This document shows positions 40,865 to 56,100 of a stretch of 64,000 nucleotides of DNA, in pieces. Both the position numbers and the translations under genes were made by a program. Numbering within the stretch: position 1 is the first letter of the stretch; every line of letters starts with the position of its first letter. This DNA is from Octopus vulgaris (Eukaryota): assembly GCA_951406725.2 (NCBI GenBank), contig OX597822.1, positions 682,001 to 746,000 on the forward strand, written 5' to 3'. The notes beneath the pieces were generated by a model. That model saw nothing but the letters and a program-made list of their open reading frames with translations. It did no database searches and had not been told where the DNA came from.

Positions 40865-40933
40865 TATTACAGCACACCTAGCATCGTCTCGTGGCACACT
40901 AGTGTGGTGCGGCATGCCGGTTGCGGAGCACTG
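40865..40933 (+). mobile_element. Possible hAT (Charlie-like) terminal fragment
   Basis: GGCACACTAGTGTGGTGCGGCATGCCGGTTGCGGAGCACTG resembles hAT/Charlie right ends (palindrome + GGTTG..CACTG); no partner end found. Confidence 0.35.
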
Positions 40934-41553
40934 GTTTAGAATATCTATTTAATACAGAATATCTCTTTAATACAACACCGACAACAACAAAGAATGTCAA
41001 CCATAGCAAATTGCAGCAATGTTAAAAAGCAATCTAAAACAGTGACTGCCATCATTGCAGGCTGTGTCAATTATCATAGTAATGTTCGTGCTTTCTTTTC
41101 TTAACTATTTCACACTGTCACCCAAAGCTTGGCGGTATTAAACCACAAACGAAAAGAAAAAAAAACAAACTAATAATAATCAGTAAACAAAACAAAAGAA
41201 AAAAAAGCCAAAATCTTTGACCTCCGTCCTTCCCCATCGGGAGCAGGTTTGTAATCGAACCCGGACCCGCGCAAGCGTAGCTGGGTATGGATTACAGGGG
41301 CGAACAGTTGGGCCGAAGAAATACGTCGTATAATATAATCGTACCCTGAATACGATGTTTTTCTGTGTATTTTTTGGTGGTGGAGTTGCGATTGTTGGGG
41401 GTTTTGCTTTTTTTTTTTAGTTAGGCAATCGGTGTTGACCCGATCAAGTATATAAGGGTGGGAAACAAATGACATAATATCGGTTATATATATATGTTTT
41501 TGTGTATATGTATACATCTATGCATATGTGTGTTTGTGTGTGTGTGTGTGCAT

Positions 41554-41648
<95 letters not shown>

Positions 41649-41759
41649 CATATATATTTATTTTCTATCTTCTGTATGCATATCTTATATCTTTGTTTTG
41701 TATGTAAGACAGAAGGTATATAGTATGATAAGCATAATGAATATGTATGTATATGTGTA

Positions 41760-41825
<66 letters not shown>

Positions 41826-41858
41826 CATACATACACACATACATACATATTATTTATA

Positions 41859-41921
<63 letters not shown>

Positions 41922-42383
41922 GTACATACACCTATACATGAAACATATATATACGTGTGCATGTGATCGCGTAAAACGATTACGTAGTGTATGGCTAAGC
42001 ATCGACTGACGACATTCAGCAGATAGCCGAGGTTAACAGGTTGTATGAAGATACTGTTGATATAAAAGAGACAAGGGGTTAATGATGTAATCGAAGAAAC
42101 ATATCATGATATCGTATTGGCGGAAAAGGTATCAGTCAGCAAAAATAAAAAAAAGAAAAAGAAAAAGGAAAAATACCTGAAGGTAATCTTGGCTTGATAT
42201 GAAAAGAATTAATTGCCAATAAATAAAGCCGTGTCGGATGCCACTAGAAACGTTATACGAAGCTATTATTTGCATGTTGGTGCGAGAAGAAATAAGATTT
42301 AACGCTTACCTGTGAGATTAAATCATCATATGTAAGCATGTATGCATCTGTGTATATGTACATATATGCGTGTGCATGTGTAC

Positions 42384-42420
<37 letters not shown>

Positions 42421-42447
42421 TACATATTTGTATATATAGTATACATT

Positions 42448-42485
<38 letters not shown>

Positions 42486-42579
42486 ATATATATATACAGA
42501 TATACAATATATATACATATATGCACAATATATAATACATATATACAATATATATACATATATACAATATATATACACA

Positions 42580-42625
<46 letters not shown>

Positions 42626-42643
42626 CATACATATATATATATG

Positions 42644-42705
<62 letters not shown>

Positions 42706-42789
42706 CACATATACTTACTGCAGGCATATACAAGTATGCGTATATATATATGCGTGCGTGTGTGTGTATGTATGTATGTGTATGTGCTC

Positions 42790-42981
42790 TATTTTATTCT
42801 TTTTTTATTTTCTTCAGTCGTTTGATGGCGGCCATGCTAGAGCACCGCCTTCAGTCGAACAAATCGGCCCTAGGACTTAATTTATTCTATCGGTCTCTCT
42901 TGCCGAACCGCTATGTTACGGGGACGTAAACACACCAACATCGGCTTTCAAGCGATGGTGGCGTGACAAATGCAAACACAG

Positions 42982-43022
<41 letters not shown>

Positions 43023-43185
43023 CGAGAGGCTTCTTTCAGTTTCCGTCTACAAAATCCACTCAGAAGGCTTTGTTCACTCGAGGCTATTGTAGAAGACACT
43101 TGCCCAAGGTGCTATGCAGTGGGACTGGACCTGGGACCATGTGATTAGGAAGCAAGCTACTTACCACAAAGACACACCTGCGTCT
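42790..43185 (-). mobile_element. SINE family B
   Basis: Reverse complement of the 59883-60248 family, including head, internal (TA)n and tail. Confidence 0.85.
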
Positions 43186-43205
43186 GTATGAATATATGTA
43201 TATGC

Positions 43206-43260
<55 letters not shown>

Positions 43261-43543
43261 TATGTACTTATGTAGGAGGGGTGCGTGTATGTCTGTGTAT
43301 GCATGTATCTATCTACATATGTATACATACATGTATGTATGCAATAAAAGAATTGAATAATCTTTCAGTTTAATGTTAAATTGTTTTTATATATAATTTA
43401 GCACAAAAATCAAGCATTAATATATACATATATACCCACATACATACATATATACATACATACATACATTCATACATATATAGATATACATATTCAGCTA
43501 TATGTATATATTATACGTGTATATATATATATACATACATATA

Positions 43544-43595
<52 letters not shown>

Positions 43596-43596
43596 C

Positions 43597-43636
<40 letters not shown>

Positions 43637-43789
43637 GTATATAAATAGATGTTCAAGTGACTTATTAATATCCACAAAGCCTTTTACATATCTTGTGCGA
43701 GATTGGTTATCCTTTACATAACAGCCTGTCTTTGGATGAGATGAGGAGAAAATTAATTGTCATCGTTTCACGAGTTAGCGAGTGAATGA

Positions 43790-43844
<55 letters not shown>

Positions 43845-44515
43845 AAGGAGTGAGCTATCAGCCGGCGAGTGAATGAATGAGTGACACAAGACGAGAGTTA
43901 ATGAAGGTATGAATGACTTGTTTATTACAAATAAAGAAAAAACACAACGTAACAAAGTTAATAAAACAGATTTCGATTAATCCCTTAATTTTGTTTTGAA
44001 ATGGATTGATTAGTTGACCTCTAGAGTTGTGAGTGATTGTTCTCTTCTCTCTTCGAGCAGGAAATCATCGCAGTGGCAACAGCAGCAGGAGCAGCACTTT
44101 TGGTGTGACATGAATAATAGTAATGTTTTCATTTACATTAAAACCTGACAACAGATTTATGTCAGAGAAGATGGTGATAGGGTGTAATCGGTCAGGAAAA
44201 TTCTAGAATGTGCTGATACTCAACCTTTTGGACTTGCGGCGGGGAGGCGAGTTCGAACTGCAAGTCACGACTTTATATTGATATCTTGCATTATAATATG
44301 GCCGGACATCTTGTAGGTACTTACTTATCCCTCTCTGTATTACTGGTACATTTTTTTTTATCAACCAAGCAACCATAGCCAGCATCAACGGAATCTGAGA
44401 GGAGAACGCAAGCGGCCATATCTAAATACTGCTATGCGTGCAATCCGACACTCCACCGGTTTGGGTTCAAATTTCACTGAGGGTCACTTTTATTTTGTCT
44501 TTTCTTACGATATAC

Positions 44516-44730
44516 TGTTTTCAAATTTTTTGCTCAAGGGCAGCAATTTTGGAGGAGGGTGTACGTCGGTTACATCAATCCCAGTGCCCAACTGGTATTT
44601 ATTTTATCAACCCTGAAAGGATGTAAGGCAAAGTCAGCCTCAGCGGAATTTGAACTCAGAACGGAAAGACAGACGAAATGCCGCTGAGCATTTTGCCCGG
44701 CGTGCTAACGATTTTGCTAGCTCGCCGCTT
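44516..44730 (-). mobile_element. SINE family A, full head
   Basis: Minus: GCGGCGAGCTAGCAAAATCGTTAGCACGCCGG...GAGTTCAAATTCC...CTTTGCCTTACATCCTTTC. Confidence 0.85.
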
Positions 44731-44756
44731 GGTTAAAATTTACTCACCTTCAAAAT

Positions 44757-44833
<77 letters not shown>

Positions 44834-44856
44834 GTATGTATGTGTGTATGTTTATG

Positions 44857-45060
44857 TGTCTGTGTTTGTCCCCCCAACATCGCTTGACAACCGATGCCGG
44901 TGTGTTTACGTTCCCGTAACTTAGCGGTTCGGCAAAGCAGCCTGATAGAATAAGTAGTAGGCTTACAAAGAATAAGTCCTGGGGTCGATTTGCTCGACTA
45001 AAGGCAGTGCTCCAGCATGGCCACAGTCAAATGACTGAAACAAGTAAAAGAGCAAAAGAG
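44857..45060 (+). mobile_element. SINE family B 3' half
   Basis: CATCGCTTGACAACCGATG...CAGTCAAATGACTGAAACAAGTAAAAGAG. Confidence 0.85.
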
Positions 45061-46964
45061 AATATGTTCTTGGTCTCCAGTGTCGGTTATTTAAGTATCA
45101 AGTCCATTCTAGAATTCTGCCAACCAAGTCTACCTCCTCCACATTCTTTCATACCAGACGGAAAATGTAGCTGTAGCATTTTCCTGTCATGAATAAGAAG
45201 GGACGAAACACTCACTTTAGAAATCAGTCATCCAATATGAAAACAAAGCTAGGAGGGCCATCAACTTTCTGGTTATTAGCTTTGAATTTATTTTTCATTA
45301 TTGCCACCAACGAAAGTCTCACTCAGTTATCCTATGTATGAGGAGTCAGCAGCAAATATCATGAGTAAAAGTGTGGCCTAACCTTTGTAACGACTGTGTG
45401 TGTTGTAACTGTATGTTGTTCAAGGTTAGAGAAATAGTATAAAATCGTTTCTTAGATATGAGTAGTAATTGTAGATGGCGGTATTTTAGTAATGTCGTTA
45501 AAGTCTTCTGATAGGATGCTTGCAGTACTCGTTCCCTCACTCTGCACCTTGCTTTTAAATTCAGCCATGATTAACTTTGCCTTTCATCTTTTCGGAGTCG
45601 ATAACTAAATAACCATTACAGTACTGGAGTTGATTCTTTGCCTGTGTCCGTCCGTCCGTCTTTCTGTCTGTCTGGCTGGCTGGTTGTCTGTCTCTATTCC
45701 TTTTTGTCTCATTCGCCTTTTCTCTGGTAGAAATAAACCGTGTTCAGACCTGGAGAGGAATGAGGACTGCGAGTTTTAAAACTACCCAAGGCACGTCATA
45801 TTACATTGGTGCTCTTGCGACCGCCAACAAACCCCAAGACGGTCTCAGCACCATAAGTAGTGCAAATGTCTTTGTTATGTTGAAAGAGGTTACATAGCCA
45901 TGTCCTCATCGGCGGATGTTAACGAGGTGACTATTCACGTGAGCAGTGTAGGTTTGACATGGAATGCTCAGATTATGTGTGCGAGAAGCTTGTATGTGGA
46001 TGTTAGACGGAACAAAAAGGGCTATCGTCTGCAAAGAAGGGAGGAAACAGGAAGTACATAGTTAATGAACCGAAGGAATGGTGTGCGAAACATATATGAG
46101 CTTCGGTACAGACTGGACTATGTGTATTATGAATCAGAGAGCGGCACGAGTCGGCGTTTTGAAAGAAACATGCCAACCCAAGAAATAAGAGATGCATGGA
46201 GTTCCTAAGCTAGAGGCTTATTTAAGCATTTCTCGATGAAAAACCTATCAAATGCTTTGCTGAAGTCGCTGAATTTCTCAAGGACGAGAGAGTAATATGT
46301 GATTTATAGGAAAAAAAGTTTCTGGTAAATACATCTCTATGAAAGCTGTACTGGTGGCCATACAATGGGGGAAGAGAAATAGGTGTTGATGAATATGATT
46401 ATAAACGAATGTTTTTGTCAAGGTATACTAAATGGGAAAACACAAGATCCATATTCAAGATTGAATTTATGGTACAATTCTGGAGAAAGGCGACGTGGAT
46501 TAAACCGTTCGGCGCGATAGTGATAGAAATTTTATCGATCCAGAAATGATGAACAGAAAAGGTGACCTTTTGAGGATTTGAATTTAGATTTTATGGGGGC
46601 GTAACTGAAGGCCACAACGCTACCGATACTGTCAACTATATTTGATCTTATATGAATGATTTCTAACTTATGCACGAGACCTCTAATTAAACCGACCCCA
46701 ATACAAGACAGCTACTTTACAGGGTATTGTGAATTTTCATTGAAGGTAGTCGGCTAATCCGAGCCTGATGGTATTTCAACACATATTCGTGAAAGAACGA
46801 AATTAAATACTGTGAACAACTTTTTTTTCGGTATTTTACATTTTCGCTGACTCTGCATAACAGTGTAACTGAGAGATGAGGAACAGGAGGTGAAGAAGTA
46901 AAACCACAAATAGAGGGGAATTTTATATCAGTGATTTTATATCAATAAGTAAGCGAAAAATATT

Positions 46965-47175
46965 AGTTTCAAATTTTGGTACTGGGCCAGCAGTTTCGTG
47001 GGAGAGGATAAGTCGATTGCGTCGACTCCAGTGTACAAATGGCACTTATCCTATCACCATTTGATGAAAGGCGAAAACGACTCCGGTGGCATTTGAAATC
47101 AGAACGTTAAGACGGACAAAATACCGCTGAGCAGTTTGTCCGGCGTGGTAGCGATTCTGCCAGCTTGCTGCCTTA
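46965..47175 (-). mobile_element. SINE family A (diverged)
   Basis: Homologous to 44516-44730. Confidence 0.75.
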
Positions 47176-47189
47176 TCTTTGATCCTTCA

Positions 47190-47395
47190 TCTTTTACTTG
47201 TTCCTTTTAATAGACTGTGACCATGCTGGGGCACCGCCTTGAAGTATTTTAGTGGAATGAATCGATTCAATGACTTTTCAAAAGCCTGATACATATTCTA
47301 TCGATATCTATTGCCGAACCGCTAACTTAACGAGGACGTAAACACGCCAACACCGGTTGTCAAGTGGTGGTGGAGCAAACACAGACGCAAACACA

Positions 47396-47457
<62 letters not shown>

Positions 47458-47628
47458 CACGACGGGTTTCCCTTCAGTTTCTGTCTACCAAATCCACTCA
47501 CAAGGCTTTGGTCGGCCCGAGGTTAGGTTATAGTAGAAGACACTTGACCAAGGTGCCACGCAGTGGGACTGAGCACAGAACCATAAGGTTGGGAAGCAAG
47601 CTTCTTATCACACGGTCACACTTGCGCC
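47190..47628 (-). mobile_element. SINE family B
   Basis: Homologous to 42790-43185; internal (CA)n. Confidence 0.85.
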
Positions 47629-47726
47629 TATCTAAACGAAAAATATCAATCTATCATTTAACATGTTTCAATCTTTTACTGGAAAAAAATCTCAGAATAT
47701 TTGGTAGATATATTTCACAGTATGAA

Positions 47727-47900
47727 GGAGCATGAGTTTGTGGATAGAATGTTGAACTCATGATCGCATGCTCGTGGTTTCGATTCCCGGACCGGCCGGT
47801 GTGTCGTGTTCTTCAACAAATCACCTCATTTTACATTGCACCAGTCCACCCAGCAGTAAATAAGTAACCTGCAATGAAATGGTGTTCCGTTCAGTGGGGT
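47727..47900 (+). mobile_element. Diverged tRNA-derived SINE
   Basis: GGTTTCGATTCCCGGACCGG B box; CAGTCCACCCAGCAGTAAATAAGTA core-like motif; related copy on - at ~62640-62755. Confidence 0.55.
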
Positions 47901-48689
47901 TTTACTGATTTCAGTCACTTATACGCCATAGAAACCAAGTCGCTGGCTCTATGAGTCCCAGGACTCGAGGCAGTAATGTCCCAAAGGAATCACGGTTTTG
48001 TAGTCCAAAGTCGTATGGTGATCATAGTAGCGGTAGTAGTAATGGTAGTGGAGTTGGTGATGGTTGTGATAGTTGCTGTATTAATGGTGATATTAGTAAT
48101 GTCGTCGTGGCTGTGAACGGAACACTAGTGGCGAGGTCAACACTAGTGGCGAGGTCAACACAAATGGAAAGAAAAAGCAACGGCGCAATAATATAAGGAA
48201 CCAACGGCAATTAAGTGACGTCATCGCTTTTAGTAATTACGACAGATTTCAGGTTCTCTGTTGATTGTGAACGGTGATGATGGTGTGGTGGTGGTGGTTG
48301 TGGTGCTGGTGGTGGTGTTGATGAAGATAATGATGATGGTGATGATTATGATGATGATGATGGTGGTGGTGGTGGTGTTGGTGAAGGCGAGGATTTTTGA
48401 CGTTGATATTCGATGACGACGACGACGACGACGATGATGATGATGATCATGGTGGTGGTGGTGGTGGTGGTGGCAGTAGTGATGATTTTGGCGTTGTTAT
48501 CCGATGAGTGTGATGATGATGATGATGATGAGGACTGATGGTGATGGTTATAATATTTATAGTGGTAGTGATGGCGATTGTGATGCCATCTGATGATGAC
48601 GGTTTAAACCACGTCGCCTTTCTCCAGAATTCTACGATAAATTCAATCCTGAATATGGATCGAATTTGGAGTAAATGTAGTGGTAGTCA

Positions 48690-48728
<39 letters not shown>

Positions 48729-48747
48729 AAAGAATAATCAATATTAT

Positions 48748-48993
48748 GGGTCGATTAAATAAGTACCAGTTACGCACTGGGGTCGATATAATCCACTTAA
48801 TCCGTTTGTCTGTCCTCGTTTGTCCTCTCTGTGTCTAGCCCCTTGTGGGTAGTAAAGAAATAGGTATTTCGTCTGCCGCTACGTTCTGAGTTCAAATTCC
48901 GCCGAGGTCGACTTTGCCTTTCATCCTTTCGGGGTTGTACTTGTTTGTCCTCTCTGTGTTTAGCCCCTTGTGGGTAGTAAAGAAATAGGTATT
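48748..48993 (+). mobile_element. Permuted/tandem copy of the 184-bp SINE-derived unit
   Basis: Contains the tail-to-body junction AAAGAAATAGGTATTT twice; second unit has an internal deletion; opposite orientation to the big array. Confidence 0.88.
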
Positions 48994-49029
48994 TGTAGTA
49001 TTGGTAAAGTTATCGGTGTTACATATGGT

Positions 49030-49379
49030 CATGGAAGCACTCCGTCGGTTACGACGACGAGGGTTCCGGTTGATCCGAATCAACGGAACAGCCTGCTCGT
49101 GAAATTAACGTGTAAGTGGCTGAGCACTCCACAGACACGTGTACCCTTAACGTAGTTCTCGGGAATATTCAGCGTGACACAGAGAGTGACAAGGCCGGCC
49201 CTTTGAAAATACAGGTACAACAGAAACAGGAAGTAAGAGTGAGAGAAAGTTGTGGTGAAAGAGTACAGCAGGGATCACCACAATCCCCTGCCGGAGACTC
49301 GTGGAGCTTTAGGTGTTTTCGCTCAATAAACACTCACAACGCCCGGTCTCGGAATCGAAACCGCGATCCTATGACCGCG
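49030..49379 (-). mobile_element. tRNA-derived SINE, family C (head truncated)
   Basis: Homologous to 30235-30593. Confidence 0.85.
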
Positions 49380-49852
49380 GTAGTAGTAGTAATTGTAGAA
49401 GTAGTAGTAGTAGTAGTAGAAAAAGAAGAAGATAAAATAACAGCAACAACAACTGTAACAGTAATAGTAGTAGTAACAGTAGTAGTAGAAGGAATAATCA
49501 CAACAGGAACAAAAAAAGTAAGAATAGTAGTAGTGGTAGTAGTAGTAGTAGTAGAAGTAGTAGTTGTCATCGCCGTCGTCGAAGTTGTTGTTGTTGTAGT
49601 AGTAGCAGTGGTAGTTGTAGTAGTAGTTGTAGTAGTAGTTGTGGTAGTAGTTGTGGTAGTAGTTGTAGTAGTAGTAGTAGCAGTAGTTGTTATAGTAGTA
49701 GTTGTAATAGTAGTAGTTGTAGTAGTAGTAGTAGTTGTAGTAGTAGTTGTAATAGTAGTAGTAGTTGCTGTAGCAGTAGTTGTTGTAGTAGTAGGTGTAG
49801 TAGTAATTGTCATAGCAGTAGTAGTAGTAGTAGTGGTGGTGGTGGTGGTAGT
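49380..49852. repeat. Degenerate (GTA/GTT)n trinucleotide tract
   Basis: Direct reading; source of the poly-V/poly-T ORFs. Confidence 0.9.
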
Positions 49853-50146
49853 AACACTGGTTGTCAAGTAGCAGAGTGTGATGACGTAAGGAAAGAGCGG
49901 TGGGAGTTGTCTTGGTTGTTGTATGAAATCTGGGATTACTACCACTATTAATAGTAGTATTAATATTAGTTTTAGTTAAAGGTTGTTGTTGTTGTTGTGG
50001 TGGTGGTGGAAGTAGTAGTGTTGGTTCTAATGGCGATAGTAATTCTACTAATAATCCTTTCAACTAATGGCACAAGGCTTGAAATTTTGTGCGAGGGGAC
50101 TAGCCGTCATTGGTACTTGATTTATCGACACCGAAAGGATGAAAGG

Positions 50147-53100
50147 CAGACAAACGGATTAAGTCGATAAGGTCGACCCCAGTGCGTAACTGGTACTTAA
50201 TTTATCGACCCCGAAAGGATGAAAGGCAAAGTCGACCTCGGCGAAATTTGAACTCAGAACGTACCAGCAGACGAAATAGATATTTCTTTACTACCCACAA
50301 GGGGCTAAACACAGAGAGAACAAACAGGGACTGACAAACGGATTATGTCGATAAGGTCGACCCCAGTGCGTAACTGGTACTTAATTTATCGACCCCGAAA
50401 GGATGAAAGGCAAAGTCGACCTCGGCGGCATTTGAACTCAGAACGTAACGGCAGACGAAATACCTATTTCTTTACTACCCACAAGGGGCTAAACACAGAG
50501 AGAACAAACAAGGACAGACAAACGGATTAAGTCGATAAGGTCGACCCCAGTGCGTAACTGGTACTTAATTTATCGACCCCGAAAGGATGAAAGGCAAAGT
50601 CGACCTCGGCGAAATTTGAACTCAGAACGTAGCAGCAGACGAAATACCTATTTCTTTACTACCCACAAGGGGCTAAACACAGAGAGAACAAACAAGGGAC
50701 AGACAAACGGATTAAGTCGATAAGGTCGACCCCAGTGCGTAACTGGTACTTAATTTATCGACCCCGAAAGGATGAAAGGCAAAGTCGACCTCGGCGGAAT
50801 TTGAACTCAGAACGTAGCGGCAGACGAAATACCTATTTCTTTACTACCCACAAGGGGCTAAACACAGAGAGAACAAACAGGGACCGACAAACGGATTAAG
50901 TCGATAAGATCGACCCCAGTGCGTAACTGGTACTTAATTTATCGACCCCGAAAGGATGAAAGGCAAAGTCGACCTCGGCGAAATTTGAACTCAGAACGTA
51001 GCGGCAGACGAAATACCTATTTCTTTACTACCCACAAGGGGCTAAACACGGAGAGAACAAACAAGGACAGACAAACGGATTAAGTCGATAAGATCGACCC
51101 CAGTGCGTAACTGGTTCTTAATTTATCGACCCCGAAAGGATGAAAGGCAAAGTCAGCCTCGGCGGAATTTGAACTCAGATCGTAGCGGCAGACGAAATAC
51201 CTATTTCTTTACTACCCACAAGGGGCTAAACACAGATGGTACAAACAGGGACCGACAAACGGATTAAGTCGATAAGATCGACCCTAGTGCGTAACTGGTT
51301 CTTAATTTATCGACCCCGAAAGGATGAAAGGCAAAGTCGGCCTCGGCGGAATTTGAACTCAGATCGTAGCGGCAGACGAAATACCTATTTCTTTACTACC
51401 CACAAGGGGCTAAACACAGATGGTACAAACAAGGACCGACAAACGGATTAAGTCGATAAGATCGACCCTAGTGCGTAACTGGTACTTAATTTATCGACCC
51501 CGAAAGGATGAAAGGCAAAGTCGGCCTCGGCGAAATTTGAACTCAGAACGTAGCGGCAGACGAAATACCTATTTCTTTACTACCCACAAGGGGCTAAACA
51601 CAGAGAGAACAAACAAGGACCGACAAACGGATTAAGTCGATAAGATCGACCCTAGTGCGTAACTGGTACTTAATTTATCGACCCCGAAAGGATGAAAGGC
51701 AAAGTCGGCCTCGGCGAAATTTGAACTCAGAACGTAGCGGCAGACGAAATACCTATTTCTTTACTACCCACAAGGGGCTAAACACAGAGAGAACAAACAA
51801 GGACAGACAAACGGATTAAGTCGATAAGGTCGACCCCAGTGCGTAACTGGTACTTAATTTATCGACCCCGAAAGGATGAAAGGCAAAGTCGACCTCGGCG
51901 AAATTTGAACTCAGAACGTAGCGGCAGACGAAATACCTATTTCTTTACTACCCACAAGGGGCTAAACACAGAGAGAACAAACAAGGACAGACAAACGGAT
52001 TAAGTCGATAAGGTCGACCCCAGTGCGTAACTGGTACTTAATTTATCGACCCCGAAAGGATGAAAGGCAAAGTCGACCTCGCCGAAATTTGAACTCAGAA
52101 CGTAGCGGCAGACGAAATACCTATTTCTTTACTACCCACAAGGGGCTAAACACAGAGATAACAAACAAGGACAGACAAACGGATTAAGTCGATAAGGTCG
52201 ACCCCAGTGCGTAACTGGTACTTAATTTATCGACCCCGAAAGGATGAAAGGCAAAGTCGACCTCGGCGAAATTTGAACTCAGAACGTAGCGGCAGACGAA
52301 ATACCTATTTCTTTACTACCCACAAGGGGCTAAACACGGAGAGAACAAACAAGGACAGACAAACGGATTAAGTCGATAAGGTCGACCCCAGTGCGTAATT
52401 GGTTCTTAATTTATCGACCCCGAAAGGATGAAAGGCAAAGTCGGCCTCGGCGGAATTTGAACTCAGATCGTAGCGTCAGACCAAATACCTATTTCTTTAC
52501 TACCCACAAGGGGCTAAACACAGATGGTACAAACAGGGACCGACAAACGGATTAAGTCGATAAGATCGACCCTAGTGCGTAACTGGTTCTTAATTTATCG
52601 ACCCCGAAAGGATGAAAGGCAAAGTCGGCCTCGGCGGAATTTGAACTCAGATCGTAGCGGCAGACGAAATACCTATTTCTTTACTACCCACAAGGGGCTA
52701 AACACAGATGGTACAAACAGGGACCGACAAACGGATTAAGTCGATAAGATCGACCCTAGTGCGTAACTGGTTCTTAATTTATCGACCCCGAAAGGATGAA
52801 AGGCAAAGTCGGCCTCGGCGGAATTTGAACTCAGATCGTAGCGGCAGACGAAATACCTATTTCTTTACTACCCACAAGGGGCTAAACACAGATGGTACAA
52901 ACAGGGACCGACAAACGGATTAAGTCGATAAGATCGACCCTAGTGCGTAACTGGTTCTTAATTTATCGACCCCGAAAGGATGAAAGGCAAAGTCGGCCTC
53001 GGCGGAATTTGAACTCAGATCGTAGCGGCAGACGAAATACCTATTTCTTTACTACCCACAAGGGGCTAAACACAGATGGTACAAACAGGGACCGACAAAC

Positions 53101-56100
53101 GGATTAAGTCGATAAGATCGACCCTAGTGCGTAACTGGTTCTTAATTTATCGACCCCGAAAGGATGAAAGGCAAATTCGACCTCGGCGAAATTTGAACTC
53201 AGAACGTAGCGGCAGACGAAATACCTATTTCTTTACTACCCATAAGGGGCTAAACACAGATGGTACAAACAGGGACCGACAAACGGATTAAGTCGATAAG
53301 ATCGACCCTAGTGCGTAACTGGTTCTTAATTTATCGACCCCGAAAGGATGAAAGGCAAAGTCGACCTCGGCGAAATTTGAACTCAGATCGTAGCGGCAGA
53401 CGAAATACCTATTTCTTTACTACCCACAAGGGGCTAAACACAGATGGTACAAACAGGGACCGACAAACGGATTAAGTCGATAAGATCGACCCTAGTGCGT
53501 AACTGGTTCTTAATTTATTGACCCCGAAAGGATGAAAGGCAAAGTCGACCTCGGCGAAATTTGAACTCAGAACGTAGCGGCAGACGAAATACCTATTTCT
53601 TTACTACCCACAAGGGGCTAAACACAGATGGTACAAACAGGGACCGACAAACGGATTAAGTCGATAAGGTCGACCCCAGTGCGTAACTGGTACTTAATTT
53701 ATCGACCCCGAAAGGATGAAAGGCAAAGTCGGCCTCGGCGGAATTTGAACTCAGAACGTAGCGGCAGGCGAAATACCTATTTCTTTACTACCCACAAGGG
53801 CTAAACACAGATGGTACAAACAGGGACCGACAAACGGATTAAGTCGATAAGATCGACCCTAGTGCGTAACTGGTTCTTAATTTATCGACCCCGAAAGGAT
53901 GAAAGGCAAAGTCGACCTCGGCGAAATTTGAACTCAGAACGTAGCGGCAGACGAAATACCTATTTCTTTACTACCCACAAGGGGCTAAACACAGATGGTA
54001 CAAACAGGGACCGACAAACGGATTAAGTCGATAAGATCGACCCTAGTGCGTAACTGGTTCTTAATTTATTGACCCCGAAAGGATGAAAGGCAAAGTCGAC
54101 CTCGGCGAAATTTGAACTCAGAACGTAGCGGCAGACGAAATACCTATTTCTTTACTACCCACAAGGGGCTAAACACAGATGGTACAAACAGGGACCGACA
54201 AACGGATTAAGTCGATAAGGTCGACCCCAGTGCGTAACTGGTACTTAATTTATCGACCCCGAAAGGATGAAAGGCAAAGTCGGCCTCGGCGGAATTTGAA
54301 CTCAGAACGTAGCGGCAGGCGAAATACCTATTTCTTTACTACCCACAAGGGTCTAAACACAGATGGTACAAACAGGGACCGACAAACGGATTAAGTCGAT
54401 AAGATCGACCCTAGTGCGTAACTGGTTCTTAATTTATCGACCCCGAAAGGATGAAAGGCAAAGTCGACCTCGGCGAAATTTGAACTCAGATCGTAGCGGC
54501 AGACGAAATACCTATTTCTTTACTACCCACAAGGGGCTAAACACAGAGAGAACAAACAAGGACAGACAAACGGATTAAGTCGATAAGGTCGACCCCAGTG
54601 CGTAACTGGTACTTAATTTATCGACCCCGAAAGGATGAAAGGCAAAGTCGACCTCGCCGAAATTTGAACTCAGAACGTAGCGGCAGACGAAATACCTATT
54701 TCTTTACTACCCACAAGGGGCTAAACACAGAGATAACAAACAAGGACAGACAAACGGATTAAGTCGATAAGGTCGACCCCAGTGCGTAACTGGTACTTAA
54801 TTTATCGACCCCGAAAGGATGAAAGGCAAAGTCGACCTCGGCGAAATTTGAACTCAGAACGTAGCGGCAGACGAAATACCTATTTCTTTACTACCCACAA
54901 GGGGCTAAACACGGAGAGAACAAACAAGGACAGACAAACGGATTAAGTCGATAAGGTCGACCCCAGTGCGTAATTGGTTCTTAATTTATCGACCCCGAAA
55001 GGATGAAAGGCAAAGTCGGCCTCGGCGGAATTTGAACTCAGATCGTAGCGTCAGACCAAATACCTATTTCTTTACTACCCACAAGGGCTAAACACAGATG
55101 GTACAAACAGGGACCGACAAACGGATTAAGTCGATAAGATCGACCCTAGTGCGTAACTGGTTCTTAATTTATCGACCCCGAAAGGATGAAAGGCAAAGTC
55201 GGCCTCGGCGGAATTTGAACTCAGATCGTAGCGGCAGACGAAATACCTATTTCTTTACTACCCACAAGGGGCTAAACACAGATGGTACAAACAGGGACCG
55301 ACAAACGGATTAAGTCGATAAGATCGACCCTAGTGCGTAACTGGTTCTTAATTTATCGACCCCGAAAGGATGAAAGGCAAAGTCGGCCTCGGCGGAATTT
55401 GAACTCAGATCGTAGCGGCAGACGAAATACCTATTTCTTTACTACCCACAAGGGGCTAAACACAGATGGTACAAACAGGGACCGACAAACGGATTAAGTC
55501 GATAAGATCGACCCTAGTGCGTAACTGGTTCTTAATTTATCGACCCCGAAAGGATGAAAGGCAAAGTCGGCCTCGGCGGAATTTGAACTCAGATCGTAGC
55601 GGCAGACGAAATACCTATTTCTTTACTACCCACAAGGGGCTAAACACAGATGGTACAAACAGGGACCGACAAACGGATTAAGTCGATAAGATCGACCCTA
55701 GTGCGTAACTGGTTCTTAATTTATCGACCCCGAAAGGATGAAAGGCAAATTCGACCTCGGCGAAATTTGAACTCAGAACGTAGCGGCAGACGAAATACCT
55801 ATTTCTTTACTACCCATAAGGGGCTAAACACAGATGGTACAAACAGGGACCGACAAACGGATTAAGTCGATAAGATCGACCCTAGTGCGTAACTGGTTCT
55901 TAATTTATCGACCCCGAAAGGATGAAAGGCAAAGTCGACCTCGGCGAAATTTGAACTCAGATCGTAGCGGCAGACGAAATACCTATTTCTTTACTACCCA
56001 CAAGGGGCTAAACACAGATGGTACAAACAGGGACCGACAAACGGATGAAGTCGATAAGATCGACCCTAGTGCGTAACTGGTTCTTAATTTATCGACCCCG

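Noticed and set aside
41240-41305. 7SL-like CCTGTAATCC..CCAGCTAC plus B-box-like GGTTCGATT on minus strand
   Set aside because: Similarity too short and interrupted; no further SRP RNA structure seen
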